Of a stretch of 64,000 nt of DNA, positions 30,653-40,282 are shown piece after piece. The stretch is from contig DATACC010000228.1 in the NCBI GenBank assembly GCA_036259255.1, forward strand, positions 592 through 64,591, written 5' to 3'. The notes beneath the pieces are model-generated. The model did not search any database. It was not told where the DNA came from and saw nothing but the letters and a program-made list of their open reading frames with translations. The stretch is from Thermoanaerobaculia bacterium (lineage in GTDB: Bacteria > Acidobacteriota > Thermoanaerobaculia > Multivoradales > JBCCEF01). Positions within the stretch are counted from its first letter, which is position 1. Each line of letters opens with the position of its first letter. A program made the translations under genes and the position numbers.

Positions 30653-33600
30653 TCAGTGCCAGACGCCCTGCAGCGTGAACGGAGCCCAGTAATAGGGAGC
30701 GCTCCAGCGCTCCTCACGAACCATCGAAAGCTGCGCCTCCCGCAGCGCTGCGGCCGGCGGCAGGCCCGCATGGAGGATGCCGCCGTAGAAGCGGGTCATC
30801 ACCTCGGCGGTGGCGCGGTCCTGCACGTCCCACAGGCTCGCCACCACGCGCGCGGCGCCCGCGTACATGAAGCCGCGGGTCAGCCCCACCAGCCCCTCCC
30901 CGCGCACCTCCTGTCCCAGCGCCGTGCTGCAGGCGCTCAGGGTCACCAGGTCGGCGTTGAGATCGAGGCCGTAGATGTCGTGGAGGCGCAGGAAGCCCTC
31001 CGCCGGACGGCCCGCCTCGTCGACCAACGACAGCACCAGCCCGGAGAGCTCCGGCACGTCGCCGTGGAGCACCCCGTGGGTGGCGAAGTGGACGAAGCGG
31101 TAGTCGGCCAGCCGGGGCCCGGTGACCGCCTCGCGGGAGGCGGCGAAGTCGAGGGCCACCAGCCGTTCGGACGGCGGCACCAGCTCGGCGATGCGCTCGC
31201 CCTCCTGGCGCGAGAAGCGCAGCCGCCGGTAGTCGAGGGCCGGGGGCGCCGCCCGGCGCTCGGCCGCGAGTTGCACGCCGCCGCCGGCGCCGGCCTGCTG
31301 CGCGGCGGCGCGCGCCACCCGGGGGTCCGAAGGGTGGAACACCGGATCGGCGAACACCGCCAGCAGGCGGCTGGGCGCGGTGCGCTCGGCCATCTCCTGG
31401 CGCAGCAGCACGGCCACCGAGGCCGACGGCAGGTTGACGATCTCGTGGGAGGCGATCAGCGGCTGCGGACCCGTCCCGCCGCCCGGCGAGGACGGGTCCG
31501 CGAGGGCCGCGAACGGCACCAGGTGCAGGGCGCCGTCGGCGACCACCACCAGGCGGCGGTCGCCGAGACGCCCGGCCGCGGGAGCGAGCACCATCTCCGA
31601 CAGCGCCGCCGCCTCGGCGGCCAGCGCCGCGGCGCCGTCGGCCGTCGGCGCCGCGCTCAGGAGCTGGTGAAAGCGGCGCGCGCGCTGCTCGATGGCGGCG
31701 CGGCCGGGCAGCTCGTAACTGGTCAGCCCGTCGGTGCCGAGCACCCAGAGGAAGCTGCGCTCCTCGGCCAGGCTGTACTCGAGCAGCAGCGTGGCGTCGT
31801 CGGTCAGCACCCGGGTGCGCAGCTCGGCGGCGGACAGCGGCGCCGCGGTCAGCGCCGCCCAGCGCGGATCGGTGAGGCGGATCTCCGACTCCAGGAACTG
31901 CAGGTCGTTCTGCACCCGGCGGATCTCCAACTCCAGGCGCTCGATCTCCGCCGCGCCGCCGGACGGCAACGCCTGCGCCGTCTTGTCCTCGGCGTCGTCG
32001 AGCTCCAGGCGGCGCCGAGCGAGACCGTTGAGCTGGCGCCGCAGACCCTCCTCGCGGCGGGCGAGCTCCGGATCGAGGCCGCGGCGCAGCTCCATGCTGG
32101 CCTCGCCGAGCAGGTCGAGCAGGGTGCGCGCCCGCGCCCGTTCGCTGACCGCCAGCGCCTCGCCGTCCCATCCCGCCGCACCGTCGCGGCGGTGCAGCTC
32201 CATCAGCAGGTCGATCAGCTCCTGGTAGTGCTCCTGGCGGTGGGCGAGGTAGCTGGTGCGCAGCTCCTGGACGGCCACCGCGCGGCGCACCTGTTCGCTG
32301 CGGTCGAGGGCCTCCTCCAGGGTCTCGCGGGCGGCATCGAGGCGCCCCAGGGCGCGCTCCGAGCGGGCCCGCTGCAGCAGGTCGCCGACCACCGTCAGGC
32401 TGCCGGTGCCTTGGCTGAAGGCGAAGGCCGCCGCGAAGTGCTCCAGCGCTTCGGCGTGGCGGCCGCGGCGCGCTTCCACCCGGCCCAGGTAGTGGCGCAG
32501 GCGCGCCACCTGGGGGCGCAGACTCTGGCCCTCGGCGCGGGCCAGGCTCTGGCGCAGGTGCTGCTCGGCGGCGGCCAGGCGGTCGGCTTCGAGCTCCGCC
32601 ACGCCGACGGCGAGCAGCACCTGGATCTCGGCCTGCGGATCGTCGACCCGCTCCAGGGCGGCGAGGGCCCGCTCGAGGTGGGGCAGGGCCTCGGCGGGAC
32701 GGTCGCGCAGCACGAAGGTCCACGCCAGGTTGGACAGCGCCAGCGCCTCGGCGCGGGGGTCGTCGCTCTCGCGGGCCAGCGCCACGCTCTCGGTGAAGAA
32801 GTGCTCCGCCTCGTCGTTCTCGCCCATCAGGTGGTGCAGGTTGCCGATGTTGCTCACCGCCACCGCCTGGGCGCGGCGATTGCCGCTGTCGCGGGCGATC
32901 TCGCGCACCTCGCGGTAGCTGGCGAGGGCCTCCTGCACCCGACCCTGGTACTCGTAGACGGTGCCCAGGTTGTTCAGCGCCCCGGTCAGCACCGAGCGGT
33001 CGCCGTCGGAGCGGGCGATCTCGAGGGCGCGTTCGAAGTGACCGACCGCCTCCTCGACCCGGCCCAGGTGGATCAGCAGCATTCCGAGATTGTTGAGCGA
33101 GAGCGACTCGCCACCCCGGTCCTCCAACGCGCGGTGCAGCTCGATCGCGCGAGCCAGCTCGGCCAGGGCCGCGGGATAGTCGCCGCGGCGGCGGTGGAAG
33201 GTGCCGGCGCTCTGGTAGGCGAAGGCGAGATCGTCGGTGGCGCCGGCGTCCTCGAGCCGCGCCAGGGCCTCGCGGAAGCGGCGGTCGGCCTGCTCGCCGT
33301 CGCCGGCCCGTACCGCCGCGCGGGCGAGGTGGAGCAGCGACTTGCCCTCGCCGGCGGCGTCGCCGGCCTCCCGCCACAGGGCGAGGGCCTCCTCGAAGGC
33401 GGCGGTGGCGGCCTCGGGCTCTTCGAGCACGCTGTAGAGCCGGGCGAGGTCGTGGAGCACCCAGGCCTGTCGCCGCCGATCGCCCAGCTCGCGCCACAGC
33501 GTCGCGGCCTCGCGGTGGGCGGCCACGGCGCGCCGCCGCCGCTCCGGATCGCGGGTGGTCCAGGCGAGCAGGGAGGCTTCGTACTGGGCGCGCTCGGCGG

Positions 33601-34123
33601 CCACCCGGCGCTCGTCGCCCGGGGCGGCGGGGCGCCGCGCCTCGAGACGCAGAAGGTAGCTGCCGGCGCTATCCTCCCCCGCCACCACCTCCAGCCGATG
33701 CAGGCCCGCCGCCCCGGCCAGGTAGGAGAGGGTCTCGGCACCCCACTCCCCGCTGGTGCTGTCGATCTCGGCCGCCGGCATGCCCGCCGCATCGAGCAGC
33801 CGCAGCGACAGGTCGACGCCGCGCTGGTCGACGATCACGCGCAGGAAGTCACCGGCGGCCAGCATCACCGTCCAGGCGTGGGCGGCGGGGCCGGCGATGC
33901 GCCACTCGGCGGCGGCACCGAGGGGCGGCAGCGCCGCCGCCTCGGGTGCGGCGCCGGGGCCCGGCTCGGCCGGGCGTGCGGTCTCGGCTGGGCCGCCTTC
34001 GGGGAGCTCGGCCCGGGGCTGCTTTTCAGCCGTGATCGGGAGGGCGGCCAGCAGGCAGAGCATCGCCGCGGCCAGGAGCGAGCGGAGCGACGGCGGGGGC
34101 TGGAGGCGACCGTGCCGCATCAT
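30653..34123 (-). CDS. Secreted TPR-repeat protein with C-terminal CHAT (caspase-like) protease domain and an N-terminal PPC-like beta domain
   Basis: Signal peptide after MMRHG; many TPR-like AxxxxxAL repeats; CHAT catalytic dyad context FVHFATHG and LVTLSACSTALG; about 1157 aa. Confidence 0.8.
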   Translation of the reverse strand: MMRHGRLQPPPSLRSLLAAAMLCLLAALPITAEKQPRAELPEGGPAETARPAEPGPGAAPEAAALPPLGAAAEWRIAGPAAHAWTVMLAAGDFLRVIVDQRGVDLSLRLLDAAGMPAAEIDSTSGEWGAETLSYLAGAAGLHRLEVVAGEDSAGSYLLRLEARRPAAPGDERRVAAERAQYEASLLAWTTRDPERRRRAVAAHREAATLWRELGDRRRQAWVLHDLARLYSVLEEPEAATAAFEEALALWREAGDAAGEGKSLLHLARAAVRAGDGEQADRRFREALARLEDAGATDDLAFAYQSAGTFHRRRGDYPAALAELARAIELHRALEDRGGESLSLNNLGMLLIHLGRVEEAVGHFERALEIARSDGDRSVLTGALNNLGTVYEYQGRVQEALASYREVREIARDSGNRRAQAVAVSNIGNLHHLMGENDEAEHFFTESVALARESDDPRAEALALSNLAWTFVLRDRPAEALPHLERALAALERVDDPQAEIQVLLAVGVAELEADRLAAAEQHLRQSLARAEGQSLRPQVARLRHYLGRVEARRGRHAEALEHFAAAFAFSQGTGSLTVVGDLLQRARSERALGRLDAARETLEEALDRSEQVRRAVAVQELRTSYLAHRQEHYQELIDLLMELHRRDGAAGWDGEALAVSERARARTLLDLLGEASMELRRGLDPELARREEGLRRQLNGLARRRLELDDAEDKTAQALPSGGAAEIERLELEIRRVQNDLQFLESEIRLTDPRWAALTAAPLSAAELRTRVLTDDATLLLEYSLAEERSFLWVLGTDGLTSYELPGRAAIEQRARRFHQLLSAAPTADGAAALAAEAAALSEMVLAPAAGRLGDRRLVVVADGALHLVPFAALADPSSPGGGTGPQPLIASHEIVNLPSASVAVLLRQEMAERTAPSRLLAVFADPVFHPSDPRVARAAAQQAGAGGGVQLAAERRAAPPALDYRRLRFSRQEGERIAELVPPSERLVALDFAASREAVTGPRLADYRFVHFATHGVLHGDVPELSGLVLSLVDEAGRPAEGFLRLHDIYGLDLNADLVTLSACSTALGQEVRGEGLVGLTRGFMYAGAARVVASLWDVQDRATAEVMTRFYGGILHAGLPPAAALREAQLSMVREERWSAPYYWAPFTLQGVWH

Positions 34124-34219
34124 CGAGACATCCTGCAGGTTACCGAGTGGTCCCCATGCTAGAAGCGAGGGCGGCGCGTGTAAAGCGCGGGAGTCGCGGA
34201 GCAACTCCGCCGGCGGCGC

Positions 34220-35224
34220 TCAGCGCCGCACCGGACCGCGCACGACCTCGATCTCGAAGGCGCCCACCAGCTCGGCGCGGTCGCCGTCGGCGAGGCCCTC
34301 GACCAGCACCTCGTGGCGGCCGGCGACCAGTGCCTCGGCCGGTACGGTGACCGCGACCACCGGTCCGGCGTCGGTGGCTGTCTGTTCGGCGCCGGTGCGG
34401 CTCCACACCTCGCTGCCGGTGGGGCCGAGCAGGCGCACCCGGTAGGCGGGGTAGCCCTCGTCGCCGCCGGTGTCGAGCTGGAGGTGCACCAGCTCGGCCT
34501 GCGGCGGCACCGCCAGCTCGCGGACGCCCCGATCCGAGCGGGTGGCGAGGGCCAGCAGGAAGCTCACCGCGACCGGCTCGCTGGCGGCAGCCTCCGTCTC
34601 CAGCCGGGCCAGCTCGGCAGCCAGGTGGTCGGCGCGCTGGCGCACGGCGGCGAGCTCGGAGACGGTGCCGGCAGCGGGCTCCTCGGCGTCTTCGCCTCCG
34701 GAGTCGGCGGCGGCTCGACGAGCCTCGGCGAGCTGGCGTTCCAGCGCGGCGATCTCGGCCTCCTGGGCCTCCGCAGCCGCCTGCTCGGCCTGCATCGTCT
34801 CCACCCGCTCCTCGAGCTGCGCGGCGCGCCAGCCGAGCCAGCCGGTGAGCGCCACCAGCACGACGAAGGCGCTCGCGGCGGCGAGGCGCAGGGCCGGGCG
34901 GGGGAGCCAGCCGAAGACGCGCCGCGCCGGCCGGGGAGCATTGCGCGCCGCGTGGCGCGCCTCTTCGGCCAGGACCCGGGCGAAGGCGATCCGCTCACCC
35001 ATGCCCTCGCGGCCGAGGTGGCGCGCGGCGAATTCGGCGTGGTCGCGGCGGTCCAGATCGCCCCGGGCGTACTCCTCGATCAGCTCGTCCTCGGCGGCGA
35101 GCACGGCCTCGTAGGCGTCGTCGTCGGCCAGGAGCCCGGCCTCGAAGCGATCGCGCTCCCGATCGTCGAGCCTACCCAGCAGGTAGCGGCGGGCCTGGTC
35201 GTGGCGGCTGTCGAGTGTGCTCAT
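34220..35224 (-). CDS. Putative anti-sigma factor (single TM, coiled-coil, C-terminal periplasmic domain)
   Basis: Immediately downstream of ECF sigma; TM segment ALRLAAASAFVVLVALTGWLGW; Ala/Glu-rich coiled coil. Confidence 0.55.
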   Translation of the reverse strand: MSTLDSRHDQARRYLLGRLDDRERDRFEAGLLADDDAYEAVLAAEDELIEEYARGDLDRRDHAEFAARHLGREGMGERIAFARVLAEEARHAARNAPRPARRVFGWLPRPALRLAAASAFVVLVALTGWLGWRAAQLEERVETMQAEQAAAEAQEAEIAALERQLAEARRAAADSGGEDAEEPAAGTVSELAAVRQRADHLAAELARLETEAAASEPVAVSFLLALATRSDRGVRELAVPPQAELVHLQLDTGGDEGYPAYRVRLLGPTGSEVWSRTGAEQTATDAGPVVAVTVPAEALVAGRHEVLVEGLADGDRAELVGAFEIEVVRGPVRR

Positions 35225-35294
35225 CGCGATCGTCTCCCTCGGTTGGCGCCGGACCCATCCCGACTTCCACCCTGGAGTGACGTGGCCGTTGAAT

Positions 35295-35909
35295 TCATTT
35301 CACATCGACGCACTGTCGCACGCAGTCTTCCAGCTTCGCGCGCAGGCGATGGGCGCGGATGCGGAGTGCGTTGATCGGCACGCCGAGGTCGTCCGCCAGG
35401 CGCTTGCGGTTCTCGATGCGGGCCCCGCCCTCGCCGCTGTGGTAGCGCAGCAGCAGGTCGCGCTGCCGCGGGTGGAGCTCGCCGAGGCACTGCTGCAGAC
35501 AACGCATGCGCTCGTCGTCGGAATCGTCGGGTTCGGGCTCGCGCACTTCGCGCCCCATCTCGGCGACGGCCGCTTCCTGCCGCTTCTGGTCGCGCAGGAG
35601 CTCCTTGAACACGAGATAGGCGACGCTGCAGGCGTAGCGGAAGGGGTCCTCGGTGCGCAACTCCAGCCCGCCGGCGGCCTTGTGGGCCACCCGGTTCATG
35701 GTTTCGTCGACCAGCTCGTCGGGGCGCGGGCAGCCGCGCCATTCGAACAGGCGCAGCAGCTTGGCGCGAATGCGCTCGTACTCCCGCGCCGCGGTGTCGC
35801 GGTCGGGACCGAGGAGGTCGAGAAGCCCGGCGAGGGCGTCGGGGGTCAACGCCCACCGCTCGCCCCGGGCCGCGCCGCCCCCGCGGCTGGTGGACTCGTG
35901 AGTCGCCAT
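35295..35909 (-). CDS. ECF (sigma-70 family group IV) RNA polymerase sigma factor
   Basis: Region 2-like FEWRGCP...DELVDETMNRV and region 4 HTH RRLADDLGVPINALRIRAHRLRAKL. Confidence 0.8.
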   Translation of the reverse strand: MATHESTSRGGGAARGERWALTPDALAGLLDLLGPDRDTAAREYERIRAKLLRLFEWRGCPRPDELVDETMNRVAHKAAGGLELRTEDPFRYACSVAYLVFKELLRDQKRQEAAVAEMGREVREPEPDDSDDERMRCLQQCLGELHPRQRDLLLRYHSGEGGARIENRKRLADDLGVPINALRIRAHRLRAKLEDCVRQCVDVK

Positions 35910-35989
35910 GTCGATTACGCAGACATTGTAACCGCCTCCGGCACGGACCGGGAGCCGGGGCCGGTGTGCAGGTGGGTAAGATCGTGGCG

Positions 35990-37117
35990 ATGAGCCCCCC
36001 GCGGGTGCGCCGCATCCTGCACTGCGATATGGACTGCTTCTACGCCGCGGTCCACATGCGCGACGACCCGTCGCTGGCCGGCCGCCCGGTGGTGATCGGC
36101 GGCGATCCGGGTGGGCGCGGCGTGGTGGCGGCGGCGAGCTACGAGGTACGCCGCTTCGGCGTGCGCTCGGCGATGCCGGCGGCGGAGGCGCGCCGGCGTT
36201 GCCCCGAGGCGGTGTTCCTACGCCCGGACTTCCCGCGCTACCGCCGGGAATCGCAGGCGATCTTCGCCATCCTGCGCGAGCTGACGCCGCGGGTGCAGGC
36301 GGTGTCCATCGACGAGGGCTATCTCGACGTCACCGACCACCTCGAGCCCTTCGGCAGCGCCACGGCGGTGGCCCACGAGGTCCGTCGGCGGGTGCGCGAG
36401 GAGCGCGGCTTGACGGTGAGTGTCGGCGTGGCGCCCAACAAGCTGGTGGCCAAGATCGCCTCGGACCACGGCAAGCCGGACGGCCTCACCGTGGTGCGTC
36501 CCGGCGAGGTGGCGGCCTTCCTGGCCCCGCTGCCGGTGCGGCGCCTGCACGGGGTGGGCCCCGCCACCGAGCGGGCGCTGGCGGACCTCGGCGTGACCCG
36601 GGTCGCCGAGCTGCGCCGCCTGCCGGCCGACGTGCTCACCGCCCGCTTCGGCAGCCACGGCCGGCTGCTGTGGGAGTACGCCCGGGGCCTCGACGCCCGC
36701 GAGGTGGAGACCGCCACGGAGCGCAAGAGCCTCGGCACCGAGAACACCTACGAGCGCGATCTCACCCGCCGCGCCGAGATGGAGGCCGAGCTGGTGCGCA
36801 TGGCCGAGGAGGTGGCCGGTGGCCTGGTGCGGCGCGAGATCGCCGGCCGCACGGTGACGCTGAAGGTGCGCTACTCGGACTTCACCACCATCACCCGCTC
36901 GCGCACCCTCGCCTCGCCGACCGCGGCGGCGGCGGAGATCGGCACCCACGCCCGCGACCTGCTGGCCCGCACCGACGCGGCGCGGCGGCCGGTGCGGCTG
37001 CTCGGGGTGACGATGTCGAATCTGGCCACGGGGGAGGGCGAGCAGCTCGTGCTGCCGCTGGCGCCGCCGGCCGGCTTCGCGGGTGATAGCCTGCCCCCGA
37101 AGGAGGCGAGCCGATGA
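35990..37117 (+). CDS. dinB: DNA polymerase IV (Y-family)
   Basis: ILHCDMDCFYAAVHMRDDPSLAGRPVVIGG, SIDEGYLD motifs; 375 aa. Confidence 0.9.
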   Translation: MSPPRVRRILHCDMDCFYAAVHMRDDPSLAGRPVVIGGDPGGRGVVAAASYEVRRFGVRSAMPAAEARRRCPEAVFLRPDFPRYRRESQAIFAILRELTPRVQAVSIDEGYLDVTDHLEPFGSATAVAHEVRRRVREERGLTVSVGVAPNKLVAKIASDHGKPDGLTVVRPGEVAAFLAPLPVRRLHGVGPATERALADLGVTRVAELRRLPADVLTARFGSHGRLLWEYARGLDAREVETATERKSLGTENTYERDLTRRAEMEAELVRMAEEVAGGLVRREIAGRTVTLKVRYSDFTTITRSRTLASPTAAAAEIGTHARDLLARTDAARRPVRLLGVTMSNLATGEGEQLVLPLAPPAGFAGDSLPPKEASR

Positions 37118-37770
37118 ACGGTCCCCGCACGATCCACTCCGCAGGCCATCCCGAGCCCCGAGCCACCCGGTCCACCGCCAGCGCCCCGTCGCGCGCCACC
37201 TCCGAAGAGCGCTCCACCACCGGGGAGCTGATCGCGCGGTTGCGCTCGGCGGTGCGGCTGGACGAGGAAGCGGCCATCGCCCATCGCATCGAGGAGGATC
37301 TGACGGAGCTGATCGAGGCCGGTCTGGAACTGCCCGAGCCGCTCACCCGTCCGCTTCCCGACACCTACGCGCGGCGCCTGCTCCACCGCGAGCCGGACGG
37401 TAGCTTCTCGGTGGTGGTGATGACCTGGGGAGCGGGGCAGCGCACGCCGATCCACGACCATGCCGGCATCTGGTGCGTCGAAGGCGTGGTCGACGGGCGC
37501 ATGCGGGTGGAGCGCTTCGAGCTGGTCGACGAGGAGCCCGGCGGCCGTTGCCGCTTCGCCGAGCGCGGCGCGGAGACGGCCGGAGTCGGCTCCTCCGGCG
37601 CCCTGATCCCGCCCTTCGAGTACCACGTGCTGGCCAACGCGCTGGACGATCGACGCTCCGTGACCCTGCACGTCTACGGTGGCGACATGGACCACTGCTG
37701 CACCTTCGAGCCGGCCGCCGACGGCCACTGGCAGCGGCGCGAGCACCGGCTCTCCTTCCACGACGACTAG
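37114..37770 (+). CDS. Cysteine dioxygenase type I family cupin (low-complexity N-terminal 45 aa)
   Basis: VMTWGAGQRTPIHDHAGIWCVEGVVDGRMRVERFE cupin metal site; ATG overlaps dinB stop (ATGA). Confidence 0.65.
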   Translation: MNGPRTIHSAGHPEPRATRSTASAPSRATSEERSTTGELIARLRSAVRLDEEAAIAHRIEEDLTELIEAGLELPEPLTRPLPDTYARRLLHREPDGSFSVVVMTWGAGQRTPIHDHAGIWCVEGVVDGRMRVERFELVDEEPGGRCRFAERGAETAGVGSSGALIPPFEYHVLANALDDRRSVTLHVYGGDMDHCCTFEPAADGHWQRREHRLSFHDD

Positions 37771-37902
37771 CGGGCGCCGCCGCCCGGTGGCACGCCCGTT
37801 GCTGTCGAAGCGTCTCAGCGGTACCAGGGCATTCCGGTCGTCGCACGCCGGTGGTCGGCACGGCCGGCCGCGGGTGCCCGAACCACGAAAAGGAGAGCCA
37901 CC

Positions 37903-38079
37903 ATGCTTCTGAAGTGGGCATTGATCGCCGCAGTCGTCGCGCTGATCCTCTGGCTGCTCGGCTTCACCGGAGCGGCGGGGACTTTCGCCGGAATCGCGCA
38001 GTTCCTGCTCTGGGCCTTCGTCATCGTCTTCCTGGTGCTGCTGGTCCTCCACTTCTTGCAAGGCCGAAAGGTGGTCTGA
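37903..38079 (+). CDS. UPF0391/DUF1328 small membrane protein (58 aa)
   Basis: MLLKWALIAAVVALILWLLGFTGAAGTFAGIAQFLLWAFVIVFLVLLVL matches the YtjA-like pattern; GGAGA RBS 7 nt upstream; not in ORF track. Confidence 0.6.
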   Translation: MLLKWALIAAVVALILWLLGFTGAAGTFAGIAQFLLWAFVIVFLVLLVLHFLQGRKVV

Positions 38080-38219
38080 GTGCGCTCGGGAGGCGCGGCT
38101 TGCCGGTTCCGGTGAAGCACCTGGTGCCGCGGGAGGACCGCGACTCCGAGCCGTCTCTGGGCTCGGCCGCGGGAGCCCTGCGGCCCGGGCGCCGACAGCG
38201 CGCCTCCTCGATCCGCTCC

Positions 38220-39248
38220 ATGGCCCTCACGGGCCTGTTCATCCTCGCCGTCTTCTACACCCTCTACTTCGCCCGGCTGTTCCTGCTGCCGGTGGTGGTT
38301 GCGGTGCTGCTCAACCTGCTGCTGGCGCCGGTGATCCAGGCGCTGACTCGCATCCGCATCCCACCGGCGGTGGGGGCGGGCATCGTGGTGCTGGCGCTGC
38401 TCGGCGTGATCGGCGGGTCCGGCTACCTGCTGGTCGGGCCGACCACCGAATGGCTGAACCGGGCTCCCACCAGCTTCGCGCGCATCGAGGAGAAGCTCGA
38501 GCAGCTACGCCAGCCGGTGGAGCGGGTGAACCGGGCGACCCAGGACATCCAGAAGCTCGCCGGCGGTGGCTCGGCCGCGCGGCAGGAGGGCACCGAGGTC
38601 ACGGTGCGCCGGCAGAGCCTGCCTTCGGTGCTGTTCGAGAGCGCCACGGCCATCGTCACCGGCCTCGCCGTCACCCTGGTGCTGCTCTACTTCCTGCTTG
38701 CCTCGGGGGACCTGTTCCTGCGCAAGCTCATCCGCGTGCTGCCGACCCTCGACGACAAGAAGCGGGCGGTGGACATCGCCAACCAGCTCCAGAGCGACAT
38801 CTCCCTCTACCTGTCCACGATCACCGTGATCAACATCGTCCTCGGGATCGCGGTGGGTCTCGCGATGCACCTGCTCGGCATGCCGAACCCGATGCTGTGG
38901 GGCGTCATGGCGACGGTGCTCAACTTCATACCCTACATGGGGGCGATCGTCGGCATCCTGGTGATCGCGGTGGTGGCCGCCCTCACCTTCACCGGCGTCG
39001 GCGCCATCCTGCTGCCGCCACTGGCCTACTTCGGCCTCACCGCCACCGAGGGCTACTTCGTCACACCCCTGGTGCTGGGACGGCGCCTGACGCTCAACCC
39101 GGTGATGATCCTGCTCGGGCTGATCTTCTGGGGCTGGCTGTGGGGGGTGCTCGGGGCGGTCCTGGCGGTGCCGATGCTCGCCTCGTTCAAGATCTTCTGC
39201 GACCACATCAAGCCGCTCGAGCCGATCGGCGAGTTCCTGGGCAGCTAG
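38220..39248 (+). CDS. AI-2E family transporter (PerM-like)
   Basis: 8 TM profile, VLNFIPYMGAIVG and C-terminal FWGWLWGVLGAVLAVPM typical of AI-2E. Confidence 0.8.
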   Translation: MALTGLFILAVFYTLYFARLFLLPVVVAVLLNLLLAPVIQALTRIRIPPAVGAGIVVLALLGVIGGSGYLLVGPTTEWLNRAPTSFARIEEKLEQLRQPVERVNRATQDIQKLAGGGSAARQEGTEVTVRRQSLPSVLFESATAIVTGLAVTLVLLYFLLASGDLFLRKLIRVLPTLDDKKRAVDIANQLQSDISLYLSTITVINIVLGIAVGLAMHLLGMPNPMLWGVMATVLNFIPYMGAIVGILVIAVVAALTFTGVGAILLPPLAYFGLTATEGYFVTPLVLGRRLTLNPVMILLGLIFWGWLWGVLGAVLAVPMLASFKIFCDHIKPLEPIGEFLGS

Positions 39249-39278
39249 CCCGCTTCCGGGCTTCCGCCGGCGGGTCCT

Positions 39279-39668
39279 TCAGCTTTCCGGGCCGGCGTCG
39301 TCGCGGAAGCGGTCGATCTCGCGGCGCTCTTTCTTGGTCGGGCGGCCGGCGCCGCGCTCGCGCCGCGCCGGCGGCACCCGCATCAGCCGCTGCAGGGGGT
39401 CGGGCTGGGGCGGCGGCGGGCTGAGGTCTTCGTAGAGCTCGGCGGCGGCGGCCTTGGCGACCGGCTTGTCGCGTAGCTCGCGCACCACCAGGATGCGGGT
39501 CCAGTCGCCCTTCTCGACCTCGATCCGGTCGCCGATCTCGACCCGCCGGTGGGGCTTGGCGGATTGGCCGTCGACCCGCACGCGGCCGCCGACGCAGGCC
39601 TGGGTGGCCTGGGTGCGCGTCTTGAACATGCGCGCCACCTGGAGCCATTTGTCGAGGCGCACTTCCAT
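39279..39668 (-). CDS. S4 RNA-binding domain protein (Hsp15/HslR-like)
   Basis: MEVRLDKWLQVARMFKTRTQATQACVGGRVRVDG S4 fold; basic tail. Confidence 0.75.
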   Translation of the reverse strand: MEVRLDKWLQVARMFKTRTQATQACVGGRVRVDGQSAKPHRRVEIGDRIEVEKGDWTRILVVRELRDKPVAKAAAAELYEDLSPPPPQPDPLQRLMRVPPARRERGAGRPTKKERREIDRFRDDAGPES

Positions 39669-39692
39669 GGGCGCGCAGTGTATCGTCGGGCC

Positions 39693-40061
39693 ATGATCCG
39701 CATGTCGCCGGAGCAGTTCGAGGAGCTGGTGGCCGAGGCGTTGGACCAGTTGCCGGAGGAGTTCGCCGACCTGCTGGACAACGTGGTGGTGCAGGTGGAG
39801 GAGGAGCCTTCCGCCGACGACCTGGCCGAGGTCGGCATGGAGCCCGACGAGGAGGGCGAGCTGTTCGGTATCTACCACGGGGTCAACCAGCTCGAGCGCG
39901 GCTTCGAGTACTCGGCCCTGCCGGACCGCATCGCCATCTTCCGCGGCCCCATCCTGCGCGCCTGCGCCAGCCGCCGCGAGGTGGTGCGCGAGGTGCGCGA
40001 CACGGTGATCCACGAGCTGGGGCACTACTTCGGGATGGAAGAGGACCAGATGCCTTACTAG
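39693..40061 (+). CDS. Zincin-like minimal metallopeptidase (DUF1025, HExxH)
   Basis: C-terminal VIHELGHYFGMEEDQ motif; 122 aa. Confidence 0.7.
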   Translation: MIRMSPEQFEELVAEALDQLPEEFADLLDNVVVQVEEEPSADDLAEVGMEPDEEGELFGIYHGVNQLERGFEYSALPDRIAIFRGPILRACASRREVVREVRDTVIHELGHYFGMEEDQMPY

Positions 40062-40125
40062 GCCGCCGCCAGGGACGGCGTGCCGCGAGGCGTGCTGACC
40101 CGGCGGGAGGGGTGGCCGTTGCGCT

Positions 40126-40282
40126 GGGCGGGTGGAGGTGGTGGGGCTGCGGACGCGGGGCGACTCGGTAGGGATCAACGGCTGGCCCCGCTCTGTTGAG
40201 CCGGCTGCCATCGCCGGTGGCTCCATCACCGACCGGAGCGACGCCGGCTCAAAGGCCGCTGCCCCACCACCTCCACCCGCCC
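40126..40282. repeat. 22-bp perfect inverted repeat (GGGCGGGTGGAGGTGGTGGGGC at 40126..40147 and its reverse complement at 40261..40282) with 113-nt spacer; part of a larger structured element about 40100..40420
   Basis: Exact reverse-complement match read directly. A third copy-like segment GGAGGTGGTGGAGG at 40315..40328 allows alternative pairing; also the 8-bp hairpin CCAGGACC...GGTCCTGG at 40344..40372. Confidence 0.7.

Noticed and set aside
30587-34162. 1191-aa plus-strand ORF and the nested 30714..33497 minus ORF overlapping the TPR-CHAT gene
   Set aside because: Low-complexity R/G/A/P translations. The 30653..34123 minus frame carries the recognisable TPR and CHAT motifs.
35910-35989. 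LexA/SOS box upstream of dinB
   Set aside because: No CTGT-N8-ACAG or obvious palindrome. May use a clade-specific operator that I cannot recognise without comparative data.
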